From Thermodesulfovibrionales bacterium (GTDB lineage Bacteria > Nitrospirota > Thermodesulfovibrionia > Thermodesulfovibrionales > SM23-35), in contig CAVQRT010000002.1 in assembly GCA_963715195.1 (NCBI GenBank), positions 32,001 through 96,000 on the forward strand: DNA of 64,000 nt, read 5' to 3'. The notes beneath the pieces are model-generated. The model was given only the letters and a program-made list of their open reading frames with translations. It was not told where the DNA came from and made no database searches. Shown here piece after piece: positions 21,243-31,472 of this stretch. A program made the position numbers and the translations under genes. Each line of letters starts with the position of its first letter. Within the stretch, counting starts at the first letter, position 1.

Positions 21243-22610
21243 CTAATTGATCCCGTATTTCTGTAAGCGGTGACGAAAAGACCTGAAAGATAACCCGAGC
21301 ATCTTTGCCGCATCAGTCTTTATTCCGTTGGTCTTGTCGAGCGCCTGCAGAAGATACGTTTTTTCAATATCTACTATGAGCTGCTCAAGGTCAATACCTT
21401 CATCCGTGAGCCCGGCAAGGGATTTCACATCGGATCTGCCCTGGTTTGCTACCTCAGGGGGAAGATTTGCAGGGGTTATTTCATCTTTATCGGTCAGCAG
21501 GGCAACGCGTTCAATCACATTTTCGAGTTCCCGAACATTCCCCTTCCATGCATAATCTATCATCAGCTTCATGGCTTCGGGAGTAATTTTTTTTGGTTTG
21601 TCAGCTGTTCTGCCCAGAAAGTGGTTTATAAGCAAGGGAATGTCCTCCTTCCGATCTCTGAGCGGCGGCATCATCACGGGCACGACATTTAAGCGGTAAT
21701 ACAGGTCCTCCCGGAATCTTCCGGTGGCGATCTCTTCTTTCAGTTCCTTGTTTGTTGCAGAGATAACCCTGACATCAACCGTAATGTCCGTTGTTCCGCC
21801 GATACGCCTGAATGTACCGTTTTCAAGCACCCTGAGCAGCTTGGCCTGGAGGCTGGTCGGCATCTCCGCGATCTCGTCAAGGAAAATGCTCCCGCCATCT
21901 GCGATCTCGAAGAGTCCTTGTTTGTTGTACATGGCTCCGGTGAAAGAGCCTTTCATATGCCCAAAAAGTTCTGATTCGAGAAGCCCTTCAGGAAAGGCAG
22001 CGCAATTAATCGTAACAAAATTCTTTTCCTTTCGGAGGCTGAGGTTATGCATAGCATGCGCGACGAGTTCCTTGCCGGAGCCGCTCTCACCCGTTATCAG
22101 GACATTGGAGTTGCTCTGTGCGATTCGTGGAATGATCCGGAACAATTCCTGCATTTTCGGGCTCTGGCCAATGATGTTTTCGATCGCATAGCTTGCATCA
22201 ACCTTCTGCCTCAGGATGGAGAGTTCCACGTGCTCGCGTTTCTTCTCGATAGCTTTCTTGACAATCAAGCGGATTTCATCGATGTTGAACGGTTTACTGA
22301 TATAATCGTAGGCACCCAGCTTCATCGCCTCAATGGCTGAGTCCTTTGTCCCAAAAGCTGTTATCATAATGACAATCGTATCAGGAGAGATCTCTTTGAT
22401 CTTTTTCAGGACTTCAAAACCATCGACCTTGGGCATCTTTATATCAGTCACAACAAGATCGAAGATATCGTTATCAAGACAGGCAATTCCCTCCAGACCG
22501 TCTGAAGCGGTCACTACATCATACCCCTCCCCCTCGAGAAGAATCTTGAGCACTTCACGCATGCTTTTTTCGTCCTCTACGATGAGGAGCTTTCCTTTAG
22601 GCTTTTTCAT
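21243..22610 (-). CDS. pilR: sigma54-dependent response regulator (PilR-like)
   Basis: REC + AAA+ (GESGSGKE, GSFTGA) + Fis HTH; last gene of pilB-T-C-S-R; start moved to ATG 22610. Confidence 0.85.
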   Translation of the reverse strand: MKKPKGKLLIVEDEKSMREVLKILLEGEGYDVVTASDGLEGIACLDNDIFDLVVTDIKMPKVDGFEVLKKIKEISPDTIVIMITAFGTKDSAIEAMKLGAYDYISKPFNIDEIRLIVKKAIEKKREHVELSILRQKVDASYAIENIIGQSPKMQELFRIIPRIAQSNSNVLITGESGSGKELVAHAMHNLSLRKEKNFVTINCAAFPEGLLESELFGHMKGSFTGAMYNKQGLFEIADGGSIFLDEIAEMPTSLQAKLLRVLENGTFRRIGGTTDITVDVRVISATNKELKEEIATGRFREDLYYRLNVVPVMMPPLRDRKEDIPLLINHFLGRTADKPKKITPEAMKLMIDYAWKGNVRELENVIERVALLTDKDEITPANLPPEVANQGRSDVKSLAGLTDEGIDLEQLIVDIEKTYLLQALDKTNGIKTDAAKMLGLSFRSFRHRLQKYGIN

Positions 22611-24196
22611 ATGGTGCAGGTAGTATAATCTCAAAGGTGGTGCCAATGCCAGAGGTACTTTTGGCAGTTATCCTGCCGTTGTGTTCGTCGATTATCCGGT
22701 AGGCTATGGCAAGCCCGAGGCCTGTTCCCTGCTCTTTCGTCGTAAAAAAGGGATAAAACACTTTTCCGATATCCTTTTCCTCTATGCCATTCCCGGAATC
22801 CCGGAACGTGATTGATGTGACATTATTCATACTGACGGCATCGATAGAGAGTTCTCCACCTTCCGGCATCGCTTCGATCGCATTAACCCCCAGATTCCAG
22901 AATACCTGATGCATTTTTTGCGGATCTGCATGGACAAGAAGCGGACTCTGGTAATTTTTCCTGAACGAGACAAGCTCTTTGTTGTGATTAATATTGCTGA
23001 GGAGTTCGACCGTCTCATCGAGGAGTTCACGGATGTCAAACGTTTGAAAGACCGGCAGGGTTGGACGCGAATAGGTGAGGAAATCGGATATGATATGGTT
23101 GAGCCGCTCCATTTCCTTCAAGGCGATGTCCATAAGGCGCTCCTTATGGTTTGGACTCACGGAATCCTCCCTGAGCATTTCAATAGAACCCTTCAGTGAT
23201 GCAAGAGGGTTTCTGATCTCATGGGCAATGTTGGAAGAAAGTTCACCGACTGCAGCCAGTTTTTCTTTCTTTTTTATTTCATCCTCAAGTTTCTTGATCT
23301 GCGTGAGATCCTGAAAAACGGCAATAAACCCCTTTGGAGCATAAGCAATACCCTTCAGGGGCGAAATGGTGATACCAATAATTTTCTCACCGCTGTCTGC
23401 CGGGATGATTTGCTCCCTTCGTCCTTCCAAAAATGGAAATGGGAAAAAAGGCATCACGACATCGATCTTCTTCCCGATTACCGCATCGCTGTCCATACCG
23501 ATTATCCTTTCAGCCGCAAAGTTAAAGAGCAGTATCTTCCCCGATGTATCCACGGTGAACAGCCCGCTCGGCAGGCTCTCGATCACTTCCTTATTGAAAA
23601 GCTCGAGATTGCGAAGGTCCAGGTCCGTCTGCTCAAGCTCCTGAACGGTGCTTTCGAGGCGTGCCGAAAGATATCCGCTCAGATAAGCGGTCAGATAGAA
23701 GAAGAGAACGTGGACAAACAACTTGTAGAGGGAATCCGGTTCTTTTGCAGATGCCACGCTGCTTACAGGGAAGCACATCATAGAGCTGAAGATTGACAAG
23801 AATGCCGTACGAAATGCTGCTCAGGGTTGCGATAACAAATCCTGCCCTCTTGTTCAGGATAATGCTTGAAGCAATGATAATAAGAACAAGGGGAAAGGAA
23901 AACCAGCTTTCGACTCCACCGGTAACGTAGATAAGGAGTATGGATGCAGCGACGTCGAGAACAAGCTGCACATATGCAAAAAGAGACTGAGAGCGGACTT
24001 TTTCGAGAAGAAATGAATAGATGAGGGTGAGGAAGTAAAGAGCGCCTATGAGATAATACAGGAACCGGGTCTGCAGCAATTGCTCGGATCCCCTGAAGAA
24101 GAAGGATGACCCGAACAAAAGAGTGATGAATAAGGCCCTGAATACGATGAGGGCCTTATTCTTTTTTTTCAGACTTTCAGCATCTCCAGATGACAT
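22597..24196 (-). CDS. pilS: Sensor histidine kinase PilS, frameshift near 23768
   Basis: ORF 23633-24196 (six-TM N-terminus, VTGGVES) joins ORF 22597-23799 (PAS, AHEIRNPL, GTGLGL). Confidence 0.85.
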
Positions 24197-24203
24197 TTCA
24201 ATG

Positions 24204-25420
24204 CTACTTAATCAGCGTAATGAGTTTGAAGATCGGAAGATACATGGCAACAACGATAAAACCAACGGTTCCGCCGAGAAAGACCATCAGCATCGGCTCC
24301 ATCATTGCGGTAAGGTTCGATACCGCCGCGTCAACTTCGTCATCATAAAAATCAGCTATCTTGCCAAGCATCGCGTCAAGGGCACCGGTCGATTCTCCGA
24401 CGGCAATCATGTGCGTTACCATGGGCGGAAAGACCTTTGCCTTGGTAATGGGCTCGGCAAGGGTCTTTCCACCGACTACCCCCTTGCGCACCTCAACAAT
24501 CGCATATTCGATGACTTTGTTGCCCGATGTCTTCGCCGTGATGTCAAGGCCGTCCAGGATAGGCACTCCGCTGCTGATAAGGGTACCGAGCGTTCTTGTG
24601 AATTTTGCGACAGCCACCTTCTTGAGAAGCGACGCCGAATATCGGGAGCTTCAGCAAGATTCTGTCGGTAAGATATTTCCCTTTCTCTGTTCTCCGGAAC
24701 TGGACAAGAAAGACAATAAACGCAACCACTGCCCCCGCTGTCAATAAACCACCTATGCCTGCAATGAAATTACTCAGATTAATGATGATCCGCGTGGGAA
24801 GGGGAAGGGTTCCGCCAAGCTGTGCAAACATCTTTGCGAAAGTCGGCACGACAAATATCATGATAATGGCAATGCACCAGAACAGCGATTGATGTAACCA
24901 CGGCAGGATAAACCATGGCACCCTTAACCTTCTTCTTCAGTTTCATTGCCTTTTCAATATAGGCCGCCAGCCTGTTGAGAATCGTATCGAGAATACCGCC
25001 TGCCTCTCCTGCCGCGACCATGTTGACATACAACTCGCTGAATATCCGCGGATGTTTTTTCAGGGCATCAGCATAGGTTGCACCCGACTCCACATCTGCC
25101 TTCACCTGTGCCAGGGTTTTCCCCAGCGTCTTGTTTTCAACCTGTGTTGAAAGTATGTCAAGCGCCTGCACCAGGGGAAGTCCTGCATCAATCATCGTAG
25201 CGAACTGTCGTGTGAAAATGACAATGTCCTTGTCCTTGACCTTGCCCCCGAAGGAAAACTTTTCAAGAATCCCCTTCTTTGTTTTTTCCGTAACGACCGT
25301 TGCCGTAATGTTTCGCCTTCTCAGCAGAGCAATAACCTCTTCCCGCGTCCCTGCCGTCATTTCACCGGATTCGACCGTACCTCTCACCGTTTTTCCTGAC
25401 CACTGAAATACCATTGCCAC
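24204..25420 (-). CDS. pilC: Type IV pilus platform protein PilC, frameshifts near 24877 and 24630
   Basis: Three overlapping ORFs give FTRQFATMIDAGLP, GEAGGILD, FTRTLGTLISSGVP, AMYLPIF. Confidence 0.9.
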
Positions 25421-25422
25421 GT

Positions 25423-26517
25423 TTACGCCCTCCCTTTATTTAGGGTTTCCGGCATGCCCTTTTGAATCATTGCAATGATTTCATCGGGCACCGGCGATCT
25501 CCCGACAGCATCTTCATAGGATATAAGCCGTCTTGAAAAGAGATCGAACAACGACTGATTCATTGTCTGCATTCCGAACTTTGATTGACCCGTCTGCATC
25601 ATTGAATAAATCTGATGAATCTTATCTTCCCTTATCAGATTTCTGATCGCGGGATTCGGAACCAATACTTCAACAGCAAGAACCCGGCCGATACCCGACT
25701 TCTGCGGGATGAGCTGCTGGGCCAGAATGCCCTCGAGGACAAAAGAGAGCTGGACCCGTATCTGCTCCTGCTGATGCGGGGGAAAAACATCGATGATTCT
25801 GTTCATGGTCTGCACTGCTGAATTCGTATGCAGTGTCGCAAGCGTTAAATGGCCGGTTTCTGAAACCGTAAGCGCTGCCTCGATCGTCTCGAGATCACGC
25901 ATTTCACCGATAAGAACGACGTCGGGATCCTGCCGAAGGACATACCGCAGTGCAGAAGTGAAGGAAGCTGTATCTGCACTGACTTCCCGCTGATTGATCA
26001 GACATTTCTTGTGCGGATGCAAATATTCTATCGGATCTTCGATTGTTAATATATGCTCATACCGGTCCGAGTTGATTCTGTCGACCATGGCAGCGAGTGT
26101 CGTTGATTTCCCGCTACCGGTAGGACCGGTAACGAGCATTAACCCTCTGGGTTTCTTAACGATGTCATTCATGATTTCCGGGAGTCCGAGGTCTTTGAAC
26201 GTCCTGATATCAAACGGTATCGTCCGGAACGCACCGGCGACAGCCCCCCGCTGCATAAAGATATTGGCCCTGAACCTGCTGAGCCCTTTCACACCGAAAG
26301 AAAGATCAAGTTCATTATTCTCCTCATACTTATGCTTCTGTGCGTCGGTCAGGACGCTGTAGCAAAGCGATTTGGTATCTGCGGGATTCAGTGGCGGATG
26401 CTCAATATTCACGAGTTTTCCATCTACTCGTAATCTTGGAGGACTTCCGGTTGTGACATGGAGGTCAGACGCGTTTTTTTCGATCATCAGCTTCAACAAT
26501 TCATATAAAGTTGCCAT
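25423..26517 (-). CDS. pilT: Type IV pilus retraction ATPase
   Basis: ASDLH, GPTGSGKST, AIRNLIRE motif. Confidence 0.95.
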   Translation of the reverse strand: MATLYELLKLMIEKNASDLHVTTGSPPRLRVDGKLVNIEHPPLNPADTKSLCYSVLTDAQKHKYEENNELDLSFGVKGLSRFRANIFMQRGAVAGAFRTIPFDIRTFKDLGLPEIMNDIVKKPRGLMLVTGPTGSGKSTTLAAMVDRINSDRYEHILTIEDPIEYLHPHKKCLINQREVSADTASFTSALRYVLRQDPDVVLIGEMRDLETIEAALTVSETGHLTLATLHTNSAVQTMNRIIDVFPPHQQEQIRVQLSFVLEGILAQQLIPQKSGIGRVLAVEVLVPNPAIRNLIREDKIHQIYSMMQTGQSKFGMQTMNQSLFDLFSRRLISYEDAVGRSPVPDEIIAMIQKGMPETLNKGRA

Positions 26518-26626
26518 TATCCACTCCGTTCTATTCTATGCTTTGACGTATTGTCACATTTCCCGCTCAGACTTTGAGCCGTTTATGACTTCCGTGCACC
26601 CAGAGATGATCCGTGATATCCATTCG

Positions 26627-28432
26627 TCAGTCTCCGAAGGTTACCCTGAGTACTTCCTCTATCGATGTAACCCCTTCCTTCACCTTGGTAAGGCCGCTCA
26701 TCCGCAGAGTCTTCATGCCGAACCTGCTGGCGGTCTTTTTCAGTTCATCTGCCGACGCGCCTTCAAGCACCATCTCTTTGATATCCGGGACAACGGGCAT
26801 GATCTCATACAGTGCTATTCTCCCTTTATACCCCGAATTATTGCAGGCCGAACAGCCTTTCCCTTTAAAACATATTACCGATTGAGCCTCTTCCTCCGAA
26901 AAACCCACTTGCACAAGGGTTGAAACAGGGATTCTTTCCTCTTCCTTGCAGGCGGTACAAATTTTTCTGGCAAGCCGTTGCGCGGCAATGAGGATGACCG
27001 ATGCCGACACAAGAAACGGTTCAATACCCATATTCAGGAGCCTGCTGATGCTACTTGGGGCATCGTTGGTGTGGAGGGTACTGAGGACAAGATGTCCTGT
27101 CAGCGCTGCTTTCACTGCGATCTCGGCCGTCTCAAAATCACGGATCTCACCAACAAGGATGATATCAGGGCTCTGTCGTAAAAACGCCCTGAGGGACGAG
27201 GCAAAGGTCAGCCCTATTTCTTCCTTCACCTGCACCTGGTTCATTCCCTGAAAGTTGTATTCGACCGGATCCTCAGCAGTCATAATATTGATACCGGGTT
27301 TATTGAGATAATTGAGCGCTGAATACAGGGTTGTGGTCTTCCCGCTCCCGGTAGGCCCGGTTACAAGGATCATTCCATATGGCTTGCTCAGCGCATCCAT
27401 GAATTTCTGTAAGGCATCCTCTTCGAATCCGAGCTTGGTGAGATCCACCTGAAGGTTTGCTTTATCGAGAATTCTGAGGACGGTTTTCTCTCCAAAGAGA
27501 CAGGGGAGAACAGAAACACGGAAATCGATCTCTTTTTTCTTTCCGAGTCGCAATTTGATACGTCCATCCTGCGGGATTCTTCGCTCGGCAATATCGAGTT
27601 TTGACATAATCTTCAGGCGAGAAGTTATCGGGTTCTTTATTTTGAGCGGCAGATTCATTGCGTTAAAGAGGACCCCGTCAACGCGGTAACGTACGCGCAA
27701 CGATCTCTCATACGGCTCTATATGGATATCACTGGCACCACCTTTAATTGCATTAATGAGAATACCATTGACCAGTTTTACGATCGGTTCATCGACCTCG
27801 GCAGAAGATGCATCATCCTTTTCCATGTATGCCTCAACACTATCGAGAGCATCTCCTACCACCTTATCGAACTCATCAACGTCGACCATCATCCCCTCAT
27901 CAACTGTCCCAACGTCGCTATCCTTCAGATCATCTTCGGAGAGCGCATAATCCTGTGCCTCCAGGACGCCGGATGTTGCCGTCTTCGTCGCTACCAGGGC
28001 TTCACCCCCGTTGCGGTAATGCGCCGATATGGCACCGAGTATCGAACTCTCACCCGATACAACAACCTCAACATTATACCCGGTCATAAACTTCACATCG
28101 TCTATCACGAATACATTCGAGGGATCTGCCATCGCTATCGTTAAGGTTGCCCCAACCCTCGCAACCGGTATGATGAAGTATTTCCGCGCTACATCGATCG
28201 GAATGAGCTTCAATACCGATGGGTCAATCTTGTAATCAGTCAGGTTGATCGCCGGTACTCCCCACTGCCTGCTTAAAAACCCCACCAGCTTCTCCTCGCT
28301 GATATATCCCAACTTGACCAGATTTGCGCCCAGCTTCCCACCCTCCTTCCGTTGAAGACTCACCGCCTCCTTCAACTGGTCATCGGTGATCAGCTGCGCT
28401 GTGATCAGTAATTGCCCTAACTTCACCGCCAT
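26627..28432 (-). CDS. pilB: Type IV pilus assembly ATPase PilB (paralog 2), MshEN-like N-terminus
   Basis: GPTGSGKTT, AEDPVE, tetracysteine Zn motif; start set by alignment with paralog 1 (MAVKLG). Confidence 0.93.
   Translation of the reverse strand: MAVKLGQLLITAQLITDDQLKEAVSLQRKEGGKLGANLVKLGYISEEKLVGFLSRQWGVPAINLTDYKIDPSVLKLIPIDVARKYFIIPVARVGATLTIAMADPSNVFVIDDVKFMTGYNVEVVVSGESSILGAISAHYRNGGEALVATKTATSGVLEAQDYALSEDDLKDSDVGTVDEGMMVDVDEFDKVVGDALDSVEAYMEKDDASSAEVDEPIVKLVNGILINAIKGGASDIHIEPYERSLRVRYRVDGVLFNAMNLPLKIKNPITSRLKIMSKLDIAERRIPQDGRIKLRLGKKKEIDFRVSVLPCLFGEKTVLRILDKANLQVDLTKLGFEEDALQKFMDALSKPYGMILVTGPTGSGKTTTLYSALNYLNKPGINIMTAEDPVEYNFQGMNQVQVKEEIGLTFASSLRAFLRQSPDIILVGEIRDFETAEIAVKAALTGHLVLSTLHTNDAPSSISRLLNMGIEPFLVSASVILIAAQRLARKICTACKEEERIPVSTLVQVGFSEEEAQSVICFKGKGCSACNNSGYKGRIALYEIMPVVPDIKEMVLEGASADELKKTASRFGMKTLRMSGLTKVKEGVTSIEEVLRVTFGD
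27962..28432. repeat. 471-bp direct repeat, copy A (5' end of pilB2)
   Basis: Matches 29846-30316 with two substitutions by manual comparison. Confidence 0.9.
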
Positions 28433-28507
28433 GTGTACAATCCGTATCTTAAAAACCAAAAAACAAGGCACAATTTTTCGGAAGTTGCATTCTGATTCCT
28501 GGTTTCT

Positions 28508-30316
28508 CTAATCACCAAATGTCACCCTGAGAATCTCTTCGACAGATGTAAGCCCTTTTTTTATCTTGGCAAGACCGCTCATCCGGAGGGTTTGCATCCC
28601 CAATCTGATGGCCGTCTTTTTCAGTTCGTCGGCTGAGGCACCCTCGAGAATCATCTCCTTGAGTTCATCATGCAGAGGCATAACCTCATACAGTGCCACC
28701 CTTCCTTTATACCCCGAGTTATTGCACTCAGGGCACCCTCGCCCCCTGTAACACATTATGGACTGAGCCTCCTGCTCAGAAAAGCCTATTTCAATCAGGC
28801 CGGGGATGGAGACTGTATCTTCCTCCTTGCAGGAAGGGCACAGTACCCGGACAAGTCGCTGTGTCGCTACGAGAATCAGGGATGCTGCAACGAGAAAGGG
28901 CTCAATTCCCATGTTCAGAAGCCTGCTGATGGTGCTTGGAGCATCATTGGTATGAAGGGTGCTTAAAACCAGATGCCCTGTCAGAGCGGACTTCACCGCA
29001 ATTTCAGCAGTCTCAAAATCACGAATCTCACCGACCATGATGATGTCGGGGTCTTGCCGCAGAAAGGATCTGAGGGCTGAAGCGAACGTGAGCCCGATAT
29101 CTTCTTTCACATGCACCTGATTTATTCCATGGAAGTTATATTCAACAGGATCTTCGGCAGTTGATATATTCACTCCGATTTTGTTCAGGTAATTCAGGCC
29201 CGAATAGAGCGTTGTAGTCTTGCCGCTCCCTGTCGGTCCTGTAACAAGAATCATGCCGTATGGTTTGTCCAGGGCGCTCATGAAATTTTGGAGCGTCGTT
29301 TCTTCGAATCCCAGCTTGGTCAGGTCAACCTGAAGATTTGACTTATCCAGAAGCCTGAGAACCGTTCTCTCGCCAAAAAGACATGGGACAGTCGAAACCC
29401 GGAAATCAATTTCCCGCTTCTTGCCGAGTTTCAATTTGATTCTCCCATCCTGCGGGAGCCTCCTTTCGGCGATGTCGAGACTTGCCATGATCTTGACCCT
29501 TGAAGTTACAGCGTTTTTTATTTTTACCGGGAGATTCATGACGGTATACATCACACCGTCGACTCTCTGTCTCACCCTGAGTGCATTTTCATACGGCTCT
29601 ATGTGAACATCGCTTGCCCGTTCTTTTATCGAATTGATGAGAATACCATTCACGAGCTTCACGATGGGACGTTCCACCTCCTGGACAGTTTCGTCTTCTT
29701 TCTCATCAACAACCTCAACATCGCTTAAGGCCTCGCCGACAACTTTATCAAATTCATCAACGTCGACCATCATCCCCTCGTCTGCCGGGCTCAGTGCTCC
29801 TTCCCCGACAACTTCATCCTCGGAGAGGGTATAATCCTTTGCCTGCAGGACGCCGGATGTTGCCGTCTTCGTCGCTACCAGGGCTTCACCCCCGTTGCGG
29901 TAATGCGCCGATATGGCACCGAGTATCGAACTCTCACCCGATACAACAACCTCAACATTATACCCGGTCATAAACTTCACATCGTCTATCACGAATACAT
30001 TCGAGGGATCTGCCATCGCTATCGTTAAGGTTGCCCCAACCCTCGCAACCGGTATGATGAAGTATTTCCGCGCTACATCGATCGGAATGAGCTTCAATAC
30101 CGATGGGTCAATCTTGTAATCAGTCAGGTTGATCGCCGGTACTCCCCACTGCCTGCTTAAAAACCCCACCAGCTTCTCCTCGCTGATATATCCCAACTTG
30201 ACCAGATTTGCGCCCAGCCTCCCCCCCTCCTTCCGTTGAAGACTCACCGCCTCCTTCAACTGGTCATCGGTGATCAGCTGCGCTGTGATCAGTAATTGCC
30301 CTAACTTCACCGCCAT
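28508..30316 (-). CDS. pilB: Type IV pilus assembly ATPase PilB (paralog 1), MshEN-like N-terminus
   Basis: GPTGSGKTT, AEDPVE, RQDPD, CxxC...CxxC. Confidence 0.93.
   Translation of the reverse strand: MAVKLGQLLITAQLITDDQLKEAVSLQRKEGGRLGANLVKLGYISEEKLVGFLSRQWGVPAINLTDYKIDPSVLKLIPIDVARKYFIIPVARVGATLTIAMADPSNVFVIDDVKFMTGYNVEVVVSGESSILGAISAHYRNGGEALVATKTATSGVLQAKDYTLSEDEVVGEGALSPADEGMMVDVDEFDKVVGEALSDVEVVDEKEDETVQEVERPIVKLVNGILINSIKERASDVHIEPYENALRVRQRVDGVMYTVMNLPVKIKNAVTSRVKIMASLDIAERRLPQDGRIKLKLGKKREIDFRVSTVPCLFGERTVLRLLDKSNLQVDLTKLGFEETTLQNFMSALDKPYGMILVTGPTGSGKTTTLYSGLNYLNKIGVNISTAEDPVEYNFHGINQVHVKEDIGLTFASALRSFLRQDPDIIMVGEIRDFETAEIAVKSALTGHLVLSTLHTNDAPSTISRLLNMGIEPFLVAASLILVATQRLVRVLCPSCKEEDTVSIPGLIEIGFSEQEAQSIMCYRGRGCPECNNSGYKGRVALYEVMPLHDELKEMILEGASADELKKTAIRLGMQTLRMSGLAKIKKGLTSVEEILRVTFGD
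29846..30316. repeat. 471-bp direct repeat, copy B (5' end of pilB1)
   Basis: Offset 1884 nt from copy A; near-identical. Confidence 0.9.
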
Positions 30317-30322
30317 GCTTTA

Positions 30323-30351
30323 AAAATATCTAAATATTTTATAAATGTCAA
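30323..30351 (-). promoter_or_regulatory. sigma70-type promoter immediately before pilB1 (leaderless geometry)
   Basis: Minus strand TTGACA-17 nt-TATTTT-6 nt-ATG; no SD. Confidence 0.55.
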
Positions 30352-30534
30352 TTAAATAACTCATTTAACTTTAACCATTACTTCATATTCTTTGAGACGC
30401 AAATTTCACCACATATTCAAATACCCTATGGTATACGAGAATAAAGATACATTGCCGTGACATTCCTCACACAATAGAACAATGGATACGCCTACTTAGA
30501 TGTAATATTATGATTTGTGGCACATTATATTCTA

Positions 30535-30551
30535 AGCAAACTCTGTGCCAG
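30535..30551 (-). promoter_or_regulatory. sigma54 (-24/-12) promoter facing the pil operon
   Basis: Minus strand cTGGCACAGAGTTTGCT matches TGGCAC-N5-TTGC. Confidence 0.65.
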
Positions 30552-30620
30552 TGAGATACGACCGAGAATGTCCGCCTGAGAGGATTAACCGGTGGGAAAC
30601 CAATGTCCGCATTTTCAGGG

Positions 30621-31472
30621 TTAATAGAACTCTTTAATCGTATTTTCTATTCTTGATATATCAATATGTTGCCGTATCAGGGGTTTGTCCTTGATAACAG
30701 GTATTCTCTCCTCCAGCACAGGGCGGTGGTTTCTGTAAATGATCCCCAGGGGAATGCGTTCTCCCCACTCCAGAGCCCGCTGAAATGCGCTAATCTTGTC
30801 TTCGGGATCATATCCGGATTCAATATGATAGACGCGCTGGCGGTACCACTCATAGGTATTTATTTTATTGAACGTCACACACGGTTGCAGGATATCGATT
30901 AATGCAAATCCTTTATGGAGTATCGCTTCCTTCATGAGTTCCTTGAGATATTCCTGATCTCCTGCAAATCCCCTCGCTACAAAGCTGCAGTCAAGAGCTA
31001 TCGCAAGAGCTAAAGGATTTAATTGTTCCGAGAAAACGCCCAACGGCTGATTCTTCGTGACCATTCCCTCCATACTCGTCGGTGAGGGCTGGCCTTTCGT
31101 GAGCCCGTATATCTGATTATCATGCACAAACAGCTTCAGATTAATATTTCTTCGTATTGCATGCATCAAGTGGTTACCGCCTTCACCATAACAGTCACCA
31201 TCCCCGGCAACAGCGATGACAAGCATCTCATGATTAGCGAGTTTAATGCCCGTTGCAACAGGAAGGGTCCTTCCATGCAGCCCGTTGAAGGTATTGCATT
31301 TCAAGTAATGGGGGAACTTCGACGCTTGACCGATCCCGGACACAATGGTGAATTGATGCGGCTCCAATTCAAGTTCAGCCATCGCTTCCTTGAAGGCATT
31401 GAGGATACTAAAATTACCGCAACCGGGGCACCACGCAGGGGTCTGCGCGCTATAATCTTCTGATGATGGCAT
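30621..31472 (-). CDS. korB: 2-oxoacid:ferredoxin oxidoreductase beta subunit
   Basis: WCPGCG, TPP motif GDGD...NQIYGLTKGQ, QPCVTFN; start moved to ATG 31472. Confidence 0.9.
   Translation of the reverse strand: MPSSEDYSAQTPAWCPGCGNFSILNAFKEAMAELELEPHQFTIVSGIGQASKFPHYLKCNTFNGLHGRTLPVATGIKLANHEMLVIAVAGDGDCYGEGGNHLMHAIRRNINLKLFVHDNQIYGLTKGQPSPTSMEGMVTKNQPLGVFSEQLNPLALAIALDCSFVARGFAGDQEYLKELMKEAILHKGFALIDILQPCVTFNKINTYEWYRQRVYHIESGYDPEDKISAFQRALEWGERIPLGIIYRNHRPVLEERIPVIKDKPLIRQHIDISRIENTIKEFY

Noticed and set aside
30604..30631. Possible dif site, given ftsK and xerD in the window
   Set aside because: Lacks the inner TAA of the XerC arm, has a poor XerD arm and overlaps the korB stop
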